From Propionibacteriales bacterium (GTDB lineage: Bacteria; Actinomycetota; Actinomycetes; Propionibacteriales; Nocardioidaceae): 64,000 bases of DNA. The notes under the pieces were generated by a model. It did no database searches and was not told the origin of the DNA. It saw only the letters and a list, made by a program, of their open reading frames with translations. Numbering within the stretch: the stretch's first letter is position 1; the number at the start of each line of letters is the position of its first letter. Positions 1-7,720 of the stretch are shown here, one piece after another. Position numbers and translations under genes: made by a program. Location: positions 357 to 64,356 of the forward strand of contig JBBSHN010000004.1 in assembly GCA_038252945.1 (NCBI GenBank), read 5' to 3'.

Positions 1-117
1 GCCGTAGTCACTCACTGGTCACTCTCGTCTCGCCGCCGAATGCACGTACCTGCGCGACAACTACGGCGCGCGGCGCAAGATTCCTGCGACATAGTGAACG
101 AGCGGGCGACGAAGTGG

Positions 118-165
118 CTCCGACTCCGACTCCGACTCCGACTCCGACTCCGACTCCGACTCCGA
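118..165. repeat. Perfect hexanucleotide microsatellite (CTCCGA)x8 in the 5' region of a methyltransferase gene
   Basis: Eight uninterrupted head-to-tail CTCCGA units are read directly at 118-165. The array ends 1 nt before an AAGGA Shine-Dalgarno-like element (167-171) and 13 nt before ATG179. Confidence 0.95.
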
Positions 166-178
166 CAAGGATGTGACC

Positions 179-802
179 ATGTTCGACGAAGACTTCTGGG
201 AGCATCGGTACCGCTCCCATGAGGCTGTGTGGAGCGGACGAGCCAACCCTCAGCTGGTGGCCGAGGTGAACGACGTCGCTCCCGGGCGCGCGCTTGACGC
301 CGGCTGCGGCGAAGGCGCCGACGCTCTTTGGCTTGCTTCACGTGGCTGGCAGGTCACCGCAGCAGACATATCCGCCACCGCAGTGCAGCGTGGCGCTGCC
401 CAGTCCGCTCGCTCGGGCGTCGAGATGGCGGAACGCGTCAAGTGGGTCCACGCCGATCTGATCGAGTGGAGTCCTCCCGAGGGCAGCTTCGACTTGGTGT
501 CCGTCCAGTACATGCACGCTCCAAGTACCCAACGCGTGGCGATGTTCGCCCGGTTGGCTGCAGCTGTGGCCCCCGGCGGAACTCTTCTCATCGTCGGTCA
601 CCATCCCGATGACCTGCGCACCACGATTCCTCGGCCGCCCATGCCCGACCTCTTCTACACCGCCGAGTCGCTCGCGGACGCCCTCGACCCCGATTTTTGG
701 GATGTTCTCGTGGCGGAGTCCAGGCCACGCTCCGCCAGCGACCCAGAAGGTCGACAAGTGACCATCCACGACGCGGTCCTACGAGCCCGCAGATGCGCCT
801 AG
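179..802 (+). CDS. Class I SAM-dependent methyltransferase
   Basis: Same frame as track ORF 173..802. ATG179 lies 7 nt after AAGGA. Motif I is 'RALDAGCGEGADALWLASRG', followed by 'VTAADIS' and 'GGTLLIVGH'. Third codon positions are G/C-rich. Confidence 0.85.
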   Translation: MFDEDFWEHRYRSHEAVWSGRANPQLVAEVNDVAPGRALDAGCGEGADALWLASRGWQVTAADISATAVQRGAAQSARSGVEMAERVKWVHADLIEWSPPEGSFDLVSVQYMHAPSTQRVAMFARLAAAVAPGGTLLIVGHHPDDLRTTIPRPPMPDLFYTAESLADALDPDFWDVLVAESRPRSASDPEGRQVTIHDAVLRARRCA

Positions 803-969
803 CACCGTTGTGCTCGCGACCTCATAACGTCTTCCCCGCCCGCGGTTGGCAACTCTAGAACTTCAGTCTGCACACTGGCGCTGGCGCTGGCCGACGAGTA
901 AGAAAGGAACGGACAATCCGCGGCGGATGGCAACCGCCGTGAAGGTCACGATCGACACGAGGAGCAGCA

Positions 970-1473
970 ATGACACCGACCCCACACTCGCCGCGAGGAG
1001 TATCACGACTAGGACGGTGGGGATCAACAATCCTGCCCGTCCTCCTCATACTCACCGCTGCCGCCGCCGCGCCGCAAGCCGTGGCGGGGACGGTCGGAGC
1101 TTCGCAGCCGGCAGCGACATCCCGGCACCACTATCACAATGGTGTGTTCGGTCAGGCGGCCAAGCAGTTCTGCCACTCGACCACCACGTTCACGGCAAGC
1201 CACCTTATCCGGACCAAGATCGTCCGCTCCACAGACAAGTGGTCGAACACCATATCGAGTCGGTATCACAAGTTCACCCGCTGCACCGCGCGTCAGATGA
1301 CGAACACGATGTGGTGCACAACCAAACGGGTCGACGGCGTGAGCACCATGTGCATCACACCCCGCCCCAAGGCAGGCGGAGCATCACCGTGCCACCAGCG
1401 CCGCCTCGACGTTCGGGCCGTTTACCACCCGAAGACCGGGATTCTGCGAATCACCTGCGTCAACAAGTACTGA
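970..1473 (+). CDS. Hypothetical secreted cysteine-rich basic protein
   Basis: GAGGAG lies 5 nt upstream of ATG970. The N-terminus has a signal-like segment 'STILPVLLILTAAAAAPQAVA'. The mature part has six Cys and many His/Lys/Arg. No family recognised; G+C is locally lower. Confidence 0.5.
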   Translation: MTPTPHSPRGVSRLGRWGSTILPVLLILTAAAAAPQAVAGTVGASQPAATSRHHYHNGVFGQAAKQFCHSTTTFTASHLIRTKIVRSTDKWSNTISSRYHKFTRCTARQMTNTMWCTTKRVDGVSTMCITPRPKAGGASPCHQRRLDVRAVYHPKTGILRITCVNKY

Positions 1474-1555
1474 GCACAGCGTCGATAGGGGCCGCGCCGC
1501 GTCTGCTGGGCGCAATTCTGACGACAGGCACCTACGAGTTGGATAGCGTCTGTCC

Positions 1556-2098
1556 GTGGTGGACATTGTCGTCGAGGATTCCCGCGGCCACCCGGAAGTC
1601 GGGAACCTTCATCGTGCCGCGTTCGGCGACCACGGGCGGTTGGTTGTCGACCTCGTCGAGGATCTGCGGCGGACGATCACCGGGGACGACGGGCTGTCGC
1701 TCGTCGCGCTGGATGGTGAGGCAGTTGTGGGGCATGTGATGTTCACCCGCAGTCTGCTGGACGCCCCTCGACGACTCGTGGACGTGCAAGTTCTCAGCCC
1801 GGTGAGTGTGCTGCCGCAGCGCCAGGGGCAAGGAGTCGGATCAGCGCTCATCAGGCGAGGGCTGGATGTTATGGCTGCGCGCTCAGTGCCGATCGTGTTC
1901 CTTGAAGGGCCGCCGAAGTACTACACCCGTTTCGGCTTTGAGCCGGGAGTGGACCTCGGCTTTCGCAAGCCGTCACTGCGGATCCCCGACGCGGGGTTTC
2001 AGGCGCGACGGCTCTCTGCGTACGAGACGTGGATGACCGGAACATTGGTGTATTCCGACGCCTTCTGGAGACACGACGCAGTCGGGCTCCGCGACTGA
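1556..2098 (+). CDS. GNAT family N-acetyltransferase
   Basis: 'VLPQRQGQGVGSALIRRGL' matches the GNAT acetyl-CoA motif A (Q/R-x-x-G-x-G/A). The C-terminal 'YYTRFGFE' is typical of the family. 180 aa. Confidence 0.85.
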   Translation: MVDIVVEDSRGHPEVGNLHRAAFGDHGRLVVDLVEDLRRTITGDDGLSLVALDGEAVVGHVMFTRSLLDAPRRLVDVQVLSPVSVLPQRQGQGVGSALIRRGLDVMAARSVPIVFLEGPPKYYTRFGFEPGVDLGFRKPSLRIPDAGFQARRLSAYETWMTGTLVYSDAFWRHDAVGLRD

Positions 2099-2144
2099 CG
2101 GGGGTCCGCCGATTCGGCACGTCACCGCGGTTGCGTCGGTAGAC

Positions 2145-2164
2145 AAGGGGCGAGGCTCCCCCTT
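2145..2164. terminator. Small GC hairpin between convergent genes (possible bidirectional terminator)
   Basis: AAGGGG (2145-2150) pairs with CCCCTT (2159-2164) across an 8-nt loop. It sits between the GNAT stop (2098) and the minus-strand stop (2175). There is no U-tract. Confidence 0.25.
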
Positions 2165-2207
2165 CGTTGACCCGTCAGTCGTGGTTCGTTGACCCGTCAG
2201 TCGTGGT
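2164..2207. repeat. Exact 22-bp tandem duplication (TCGTTGACCCGTCAGTCGTGGT x2) spanning the stop codon of the 2175..2642 gene
   Basis: Copy 1 at 2164-2185 and copy 2 at 2186-2207 are identical base for base. The unit length is not a multiple of 3. Confidence 0.95.
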
Positions 2208-2642
2208 TGCTTCGGCTTCGTCATAGAACCCTTCGCCGGACAGTTGGAGCAGCATGTACGCACTAGCGGCCGCGAGCAAGACGGTAGAGGCGCCCTCGGC
2301 GGCGCTGATATGTGCGCTGACGTCATCGTCGTCGCTCACCGTGCCAGTGAGTTCCAGGACCGGGGGAGCGGCATGCCCGCTCACGTCCTCGTCACCGCTT
2401 TCTGCCACGGTGACCCGCAGTGTTTCGGCGTACTGGTTGTCAACTAGTTGAATGCGTACGTCAGGGTTCGAAGCAGCGCTCACCCGAAAGAATCCGTCGT
2501 CGTCTCTTCGTACAAAGAACCGATGCGCGTGCCTGCCCGCCTCGGGAGTGACCGCGACATCGAAGCCGTTGTCGCTGGTGGTGAGGTCGGTGATGGTGAA
2601 CGCGTGATCGCGCACACCATCGAACAACTCGACCGTCTGCAT
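2175..2642 (-). CDS. Hypothetical acidic protein
   Basis: Track ORF 2175..2831 is trimmed to ATG2642, which lies 7 nt downstream of GGAGG. The protein has D/E-rich runs and a C-terminal hydrophobic stretch 'STVLLAAASAYMLLQL'. No family recognised. Confidence 0.6.
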   Translation of the reverse strand: MQTVELFDGVRDHAFTITDLTTSDNGFDVAVTPEAGRHAHRFFVRRDDDGFFRVSAASNPDVRIQLVDNQYAETLRVTVAESGDEDVSGHAAPPVLELTGTVSDDDDVSAHISAAEGASTVLLAAASAYMLLQLSGEGFYDEAEATTTDGSTNHD

Positions 2643-2890
2643 CTTGAGACCTCCCAAGCCCTCGTCGGCATACGTTGTGGTACGCCTCAGGGAAGTCTGC
2701 GCTGAGCAGATGCCCACGGTCTGTTCGCTTGCTGACACAACAAGCGCCGTCCCTAGCTTTGACGACCGTTGGGGCGCTGAGCGAGAAGGTCCCGAATGAC
2801 CGTCAGCAGAGCGATGTCCCCCCTCCCTCACGAGCCGACGAAACCGCGTTACGGTTCAGCAACGGCCCGGAGTGGCAACCGCTCAGCGCT

Positions 2891-3655
2891 TCAGCGCAGG
2901 GTTCCCACCTTGAGGAAGACGTTGTCGACGTTGCCGTGGAACTGATCGTTGTTCGCCGACGTCCCGACGGCGCGTCCGCCTACAGTGACGGCTGCGGAGT
3001 TCGCGATCGACCCGGTCCGGAGGGTCGCAGTGCCCTGGACTAAGCCGTCGACGAACAATGTGTGTACTTGGCCGACTCGGCGACAGACCAGTTGATGCCA
3101 CTTGCCATCGTCGATGGGCTGCTTCGATCTGAGGTTCACCTGCCCCTTTGTTCCGTTGAAGACGCAGCTCGGCTTGGCTCCGATCAACTGCAGCTTCCAC
3201 TGGTTACTTCTGCGGCCGAAGAGGCCTTTCTGCACAATGTTCGGGTCGCGGGTCGGCTTGGCCCAGCGTGGCCTGACCCGAACGCTCGCGCCGAAGGTGA
3301 ACGGGTGCCGGTGCGGGTTCAAGTGCGCATTGTGGGCGATCTTGATGATCGCTCGGCCACCGTCGCGAGGATATCCAGCAGCCTTTCCGGTAACTCCACG
3401 TCGCACGGTCAGGTGTCCTGTGCCAGAGACCTGCACCACTCCATAGTGACCATGCCCAGTGACGTCAGGGACGCGAGTACCAGGCTTGAGGGACTCACCT
3501 TGGTCGAAGTTGAATCGAAAGCGGGGATGCCACCCCACGCTGACCACGGATGAGTCGTTGAGGGTGTACGGCGCAGCGTCCGCCGCCGCGGCGCCGCTCA
3601 CCAAGACTGTGATAGCGGCTGTGGTCGCCGCCAGCGTTCGTGCACGTCTTGCCAC
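2891..3655 (-). CDS. Secreted LamG / concanavalin-A-like lectin domain protein
   Basis: GTG3655 lies 7 nt after GGAGGA. The signal-like N-terminus is 'MARRARTLAATTAAITVLVSGAAAADA'. The C-terminal pattern 'WHQLVC...HTLFVDG...TVGG...FHGNVDNVFL' is typical of Laminin_G_3-type domains. Confidence 0.75.
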   Translation of the reverse strand: MARRARTLAATTAAITVLVSGAAAADAAPYTLNDSSVVSVGWHPRFRFNFDQGESLKPGTRVPDVTGHGHYGVVQVSGTGHLTVRRGVTGKAAGYPRDGGRAIIKIAHNAHLNPHRHPFTFGASVRVRPRWAKPTRDPNIVQKGLFGRRSNQWKLQLIGAKPSCVFNGTKGQVNLRSKQPIDDGKWHQLVCRRVGQVHTLFVDGLVQGTATLRTGSIANSAAVTVGGRAVGTSANNDQFHGNVDNVFLKVGTLR

Positions 3656-3928
3656 GGTTCATTCCTCCAATGGAGTCGGACGATTCTTCGTCCAATTCGG
3701 GGAAACACGGCGGGTCTACCGACCCAAGTGATCCATATAGGGACGAATCTACACGAAGATAACTAAAAAAGTCGGCCCAGGTTACGTGCCCATTTGTCCG
3801 TGTTAGCCGGCGCTCCCAGCCGCTCACTCGATTAGCCCTATACGGCTACAGGCTGCAACAGTACGGTGTGTGCGGGAAGGCTCGGAGAGCCGTTGTCGTC
3901 GAGACGCCGGGGGAAGACTCCAGAGACT

Positions 3929-4447
3929 ATGGTCGATGCCGTCTCCGCAACCACTCTCTCTGCTCCTCAGGTAGGTTCCTTTCGGCACCCCCGACCACTT
4001 GTCCTACTTCTGGTGTCAAGCAGTGGGGGAGTTCTCCTCGACATCCTGGCGCTGAAGCCGTGGTGGTCCCGGCACGAAACCCGGTGGGCTGTGGTTAAGG
4101 CTTCGGACACCGAGGATGTACTGGCTGACCAGAATGTGGACTGGCTTCCCGAACTATCGGAGGCCAGTCCGCTGGCAATGCTGCCGGCTCTGTTCGCCGC
4201 ATGGAGACTGCTTCGCCGACATCGGCCAGATGTCATTGTGTCTGCAGGTTCAGGTGTCGCCGTACCGCTGTTTGCCATGGCACGGTTGCTCCGGACGCCT
4301 GCTGTCTGGGTGGAGACGTTCAACATCGTCGGGCGTCCGGGAATCAGCTCTCGGATCTGCCAGAGACTGGCGGCCAAGGTGATCGTGCAGCGGCCTGACC
4401 TGATTTCATCGCGTCCGAACGCGGTGCTCGTCGGAGAGCTGTACTGA
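3929..4447 (+). CDS. Alg14/PssD-like glycosyltransferase accessory (membrane) subunit
   Basis: 'LLLVSSSGGVLLD' and 'DVIVSAGSGVAVPLFAMARLL...VWVETFN...IVQ' match the Alg14/PssD pattern. The start is uncertain: the track ORF begins at 3866, and ATG3929 was chosen. The stop overlaps the next start (TGATG). Confidence 0.75.
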   Translation: MVDAVSATTLSAPQVGSFRHPRPLVLLLVSSSGGVLLDILALKPWWSRHETRWAVVKASDTEDVLADQNVDWLPELSEASPLAMLPALFAAWRLLRRHRPDVIVSAGSGVAVPLFAMARLLRTPAVWVETFNIVGRPGISSRICQRLAAKVIVQRPDLISSRPNAVLVGELY

Positions 4448-5733
4448 TGCGGTCGGACAGCCCTTGCCTGAAGGTCTTCGGAACGGTGGGGATGGGGCGC
4501 TGGCCGTTTGATCGGTTCGTGCAAGCCGTGGACGCACTGTCTGATGACCATGACGTGTTCCTGCAGACCGGGACGTCGGCGTACGCGCCGTCATGCCCGC
4601 ATGTCGACTTCATTCCGTACGACGAAGTGCAACGTCGCATCAGCGATGCGGATGTTGTGATAACTCATGCGGGCAACAGCGTCCGACTCGTTCAACGCTC
4701 CGGGAAGGTTCCCATCGCGATTGCCCGGCAGGCCAGCCGAGGAGAGATGAGTAACGACCACCAAGTCGCCTATCTCCGCACGGAGGAACAGGCCGGCCGC
4801 GTCATCGCCGTATGGGATGTATCCCTACTCAAGGGCTATGTCACGCAGTACGCCGAGCGCGCGCGGCAGCTTGGTGACGACCGGGCGCTGGCCGCGCCGA
4901 CTGATCCCAAAGAAGTAGCCGATGTCCTCGACTCAGTCTGCGCCGATCTCCTCGGTGAGAGTGCGGACGAGGACCCCTTCGCGCGAGACCCGCTACGGCG
5001 GTACTCCTTTGCCTGGCGCCACCTGGCGCACGTATCCGGACCGCATCTGGACGTCGGAGTCGGCGCAGGAGATTTCGCTGGTCCCTTCGCGACCGCGACT
5101 GGTCGAGAGGTTCATGCAGTGGACCCGAACGAGGGGTATGTCGATGAGGTACGCCGGCGCTTTCCCCATATTGCCGTGAGGCACTGCTCGCAGGTCAGCC
5201 CGCTGCCCTACGTCAACGGCACCTTCACGTCTGCCAGTTTGCTGGACGTGCTGGAACACTGTCGCAGCGAGCGTGACTTGTTGCGTGAGGTGCATCGCGT
5301 GCTTGCCTCCGAGGGTCGGCTACTGGTGACGGTGCCGCATCGCCATGTCTTCTCGATGCTTGATCCTGACAACGCGAAATATCGATTTCCTAGACTCCAC
5401 AAGTTCGTCTACGTACGACGATTTGGGTCGGCTGCCTACGAACGGCGATTTCAAGATGTGTCGGATGGTTTGTTCGGGGACGTCTCGGTCGAACGCGGCT
5501 GGCACACCAACTACAGGGCTTCCGATCTCCTCGGTCTGCTGCGCGAGACTGGCTTTGAACCCGTGCTAGTGGAGGGAGCCAATCTTTTCTGGAGGTGGCT
5601 ACACATTCCTTATCTCATCGGACCACCCAGACTTCGGTCGGTTCTTGGTGCGGGGATACTCCTGGATGGCAAGCTCTTCCGAAACTCTTCCCTGGCGGCC
5701 AATCTGTTCGTCGTCGCGAGGAGGCTGCCGTGA
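4447..5733 (+). CDS. Alg13/PssE-like glycosyltransferase (GT28 C-terminal domain) fused to a class I SAM methyltransferase
   Basis: N-terminal motifs are 'KVFGTVG...FDRFV...ITHAGNSV...GKVPIAI...SNDHQ' (Alg13/PssE). C-terminal motifs are 'LDVGVGAGDF', 'LLDVLEH' and 'GRLLVTVP' (methyltransferase). The gene is coupled at both ends (TGATG at 4445-4449, GTGA at 5730-5733). Confidence 0.8.
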   Translation: MRSDSPCLKVFGTVGMGRWPFDRFVQAVDALSDDHDVFLQTGTSAYAPSCPHVDFIPYDEVQRRISDADVVITHAGNSVRLVQRSGKVPIAIARQASRGEMSNDHQVAYLRTEEQAGRVIAVWDVSLLKGYVTQYAERARQLGDDRALAAPTDPKEVADVLDSVCADLLGESADEDPFARDPLRRYSFAWRHLAHVSGPHLDVGVGAGDFAGPFATATGREVHAVDPNEGYVDEVRRRFPHIAVRHCSQVSPLPYVNGTFTSASLLDVLEHCRSERDLLREVHRVLASEGRLLVTVPHRHVFSMLDPDNAKYRFPRLHKFVYVRRFGSAAYERRFQDVSDGLFGDVSVERGWHTNYRASDLLGLLRETGFEPVLVEGANLFWRWLHIPYLIGPPRLRSVLGAGILLDGKLFRNSSLAANLFVVARRLP

Positions 5734-6818
5734 ATATTGTGGAGAACGGACGACTGGCGTGGTTCTTCACTCGATTGGCCGTGAAAGAGCACCTCGCTTC
5801 AGGGCTGCATGTCCGGCCACTCGTCGCCGAGATGTTCCTGACTGAGAACTGCAATCTGCGGTGTATCAGCTGCAACTGTTGGCGTGAGAACACGCTCGGC
5901 GAGCTGACTACCCAGGAATGGAAGCACGTCATCGACCAGCTCGTCGAGCTCAAGATACTCAAGGCAAACTTCACCGGCGGCGAGCCGCTGATCCGTCCAG
6001 ACGCTGTCGACATCCTTGCCTATGCACAGAGCAAAGGCATAACGCACCTGCATCTGAACACGAACGGTATCCGGCTTACTCCAGCGAAGACGCGAGACGT
6101 GCTCGACGCCGGAGTCCGCAGTTTCAACATCTCCGTTGACGGACCGAACGGGCTCGTCCACGACCGCATCCGCGGACGACTAGGTGCCTTCGACACGACG
6201 GTCAGCAACCTGAAGGACCTTTTAAGGCTGCGGGAGACCTACGGTCTCAAGGTTCGGATGAACTTCACTGTGATGCGCGCGAACGTCGATCAGCTTCCCG
6301 CGATCGCTGAACTAGCACAGCGCCTCAAAGTTCGCTTGTACCTGAATCTCGCCACGGACAGCACATTCCTGTTTCGAGCCGCCGAGGTGTCAGAGCAGAA
6401 GGTGATCGAGCCTGACGCGCTCGATCAGGCGCTTGTTGGCCTAGAAGAAACTCTTCGTCGCAACTCCCAGTGGTTGCCTAGGTACGCCGACCTCAGCTAC
6501 ATCCGGCGACATTTTTCCGATTTAGTGCAGCGTGACCTGCCGTGTGCGGAGTCTCAGCTCAAGTTGATGATCCACTCACGTGGGGAAGTGGGCGGCTGCT
6601 GGGGGCATGACCCTAAGTCGAACGTTCGGGTCACCAGCCTGCGAGAGATCGTGGACTCACCCGGCTATCGGCAAGAGCACGAACGGCTCTTCAAAAAGGA
6701 CTGCGTAGGCTGCGGAAGCAACTACAGCCTGAACCTGCGGTGGAGGCCTTCGACGTACACCGACGACCTGATGTGGAAGCTCGGTCGCCGCAGCCTTGCG
6801 CACAACGGTCGATCGTGA
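5730..6818 (+). CDS. Radical SAM enzyme with a C-terminal twitch/SPASM-like cysteine motif
   Basis: GTG5730 follows AGGAGG (5719-5724) and overlaps the upstream stop. 'CNLRCISC' is CX3CX2C, and 'FTGGEPLI' is the SAM-binding GGE. The C-terminal 'CAESQLKLMIHSRGEVGGC' is CX12GX4C, followed by 'CVGC' (CX2C). Confidence 0.85.
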   Translation: MNIVENGRLAWFFTRLAVKEHLASGLHVRPLVAEMFLTENCNLRCISCNCWRENTLGELTTQEWKHVIDQLVELKILKANFTGGEPLIRPDAVDILAYAQSKGITHLHLNTNGIRLTPAKTRDVLDAGVRSFNISVDGPNGLVHDRIRGRLGAFDTTVSNLKDLLRLRETYGLKVRMNFTVMRANVDQLPAIAELAQRLKVRLYLNLATDSTFLFRAAEVSEQKVIEPDALDQALVGLEETLRRNSQWLPRYADLSYIRRHFSDLVQRDLPCAESQLKLMIHSRGEVGGCWGHDPKSNVRVTSLREIVDSPGYRQEHERLFKKDCVGCGSNYSLNLRWRPSTYTDDLMWKLGRRSLAHNGRS

Positions 6819-7687
6819 CGACGTATCCCGTGGCCTCGTCGGCGGCCATTGGCCAGTGGGAGGTCCACGGAACCGCAGGACCACTGCGTCCGTCCGCGCC
6901 TCTCTACGACGCTCTGGCGGCCGACTACGAGCAACACTTCGCGGCACCTCACCGTCGCCTCTACGACGAGCTGGCATGGGAGCGGGTCACCGCGTTCCTC
7001 AATGACCCGTCAGTCGACGGGGGACCGGTTGTTGACGCGGGCTGCGGAATCGGGCGCTGGGCTCGACCTCTGGCGCAGCGCGGTCACGTCGTCATCGGGG
7101 TGGAGCACGCGCCGACCATGTTGCACGAGTTGCGGTCTGCGGCACCGATTCCTGGGTTTCGGGTCGTGGAGGGGTCGATCGACACACTGAGCCGAAACAC
7201 AGTGGTGGGGCCGCACAGCTCCGGCGCTCAGTTGGTGCTGGCCATGGGATCGGTCCAGTACACCCAGCGTCCAGCGAGCACCATAAGCAATCTGGCGTCG
7301 TGGCTGCGCCCGGGCGGTGTGCTCGCCGTGCTGGTCGACTCCCTGGTCGGCCTCGTGCTTGAGCTGATTGGTGACGGCCGTGAGGCGGAAGCCGCGAAGA
7401 GGCTCGCCACTGGCCGTGGCGTGTGGCGCATCCGTGGGCGGGAGGCCGACCTACATTTGCTGGACCGCGATCAACTCGTGGGTGCTTTTGCAGGAGCGGG
7501 GCTCGAGGACATCACGGCGTCCGGACTTCTGGTCACTGCCGCCGCACTGGGCAAGGGGCGGCTCCAGGAGGTGCTAGAGGCAGACTTCGACGAGTGTCTC
7601 GCTACCGAACGGCGGTGGGCAGATGACCCGCGGCTGGCTGACGTGGGCAAGCAGCTCCTCGTCACCGGCCGCCTGCCCACCACCTGA
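6815..7687 (+). CDS. Class I SAM-dependent methyltransferase
   Basis: GTG6815 overlaps the upstream stop (GTGA). Motif I is 'VVDAGCGIGRWARPLAQRGHVVIGVE'. 'GGVLAVLV' is the post-II strand. Confidence 0.8.
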   Translation: MTTYPVASSAAIGQWEVHGTAGPLRPSAPLYDALAADYEQHFAAPHRRLYDELAWERVTAFLNDPSVDGGPVVDAGCGIGRWARPLAQRGHVVIGVEHAPTMLHELRSAAPIPGFRVVEGSIDTLSRNTVVGPHSSGAQLVLAMGSVQYTQRPASTISNLASWLRPGGVLAVLVDSLVGLVLELIGDGREAEAAKRLATGRGVWRIRGREADLHLLDRDQLVGAFAGAGLEDITASGLLVTAAALGKGRLQEVLEADFDECLATERRWADDPRLADVGKQLLVTGRLPTT

Positions 7688-7720
7688 GCGCACGAAAGCA
7701 AATCGGGGAGGCATCGGCAC

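Noticed and set aside
118-165. Whether any repeat in the window could be a CRISPR array.
   Set aside because: The only arrays are a 6-bp microsatellite and a 22-bp tandem duplication without spacers. No cas genes are present.
1-176. A frame open from the window edge that reads through the hexamer array as (Pro-Thr)8 and stops at TGA174-176. It could be the tail of an upstream gene.
   Set aside because: Third-position G+C in the 39 codons before the repeat is only about 54% by hand count, far below the real genes here. There is no start in the window. I treat it as intergenic but cannot fully exclude a gene tail.
846-1739. A 297-aa plus-strand ORF spanning the 6-Cys gene and running into the GNAT gene.
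   Set aside because: The composition is Arg/Pro/Ser/His-rich nonsense. It overlaps two better-supported genes in other frames and has no RBS. This is a typical high-G+C shadow ORF.
2465-2471. tRNA T-loop-like strings (GGTTCGA) here and at about 8465.
   Set aside because: Both lie inside well-supported coding frames, with no flanking acceptor or anticodon stems. No tRNA gene is evident in any intergenic spacer.
3670-3762. A 30-codon ORF (MESDDSSSNSGKHGGSTDPSDPYRDESTRR) in the A/T-rich spacer upstream of the operon, considered as a possible RiPP precursor for the radical SAM enzyme.
   Set aside because: It has no plus-strand RBS; the adjacent CCTCC is the RBS of the minus-strand LamG gene. 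It has no Cys or other obvious modification sites, lies about 2 kb from the radical SAM gene, and has poor codon bias.
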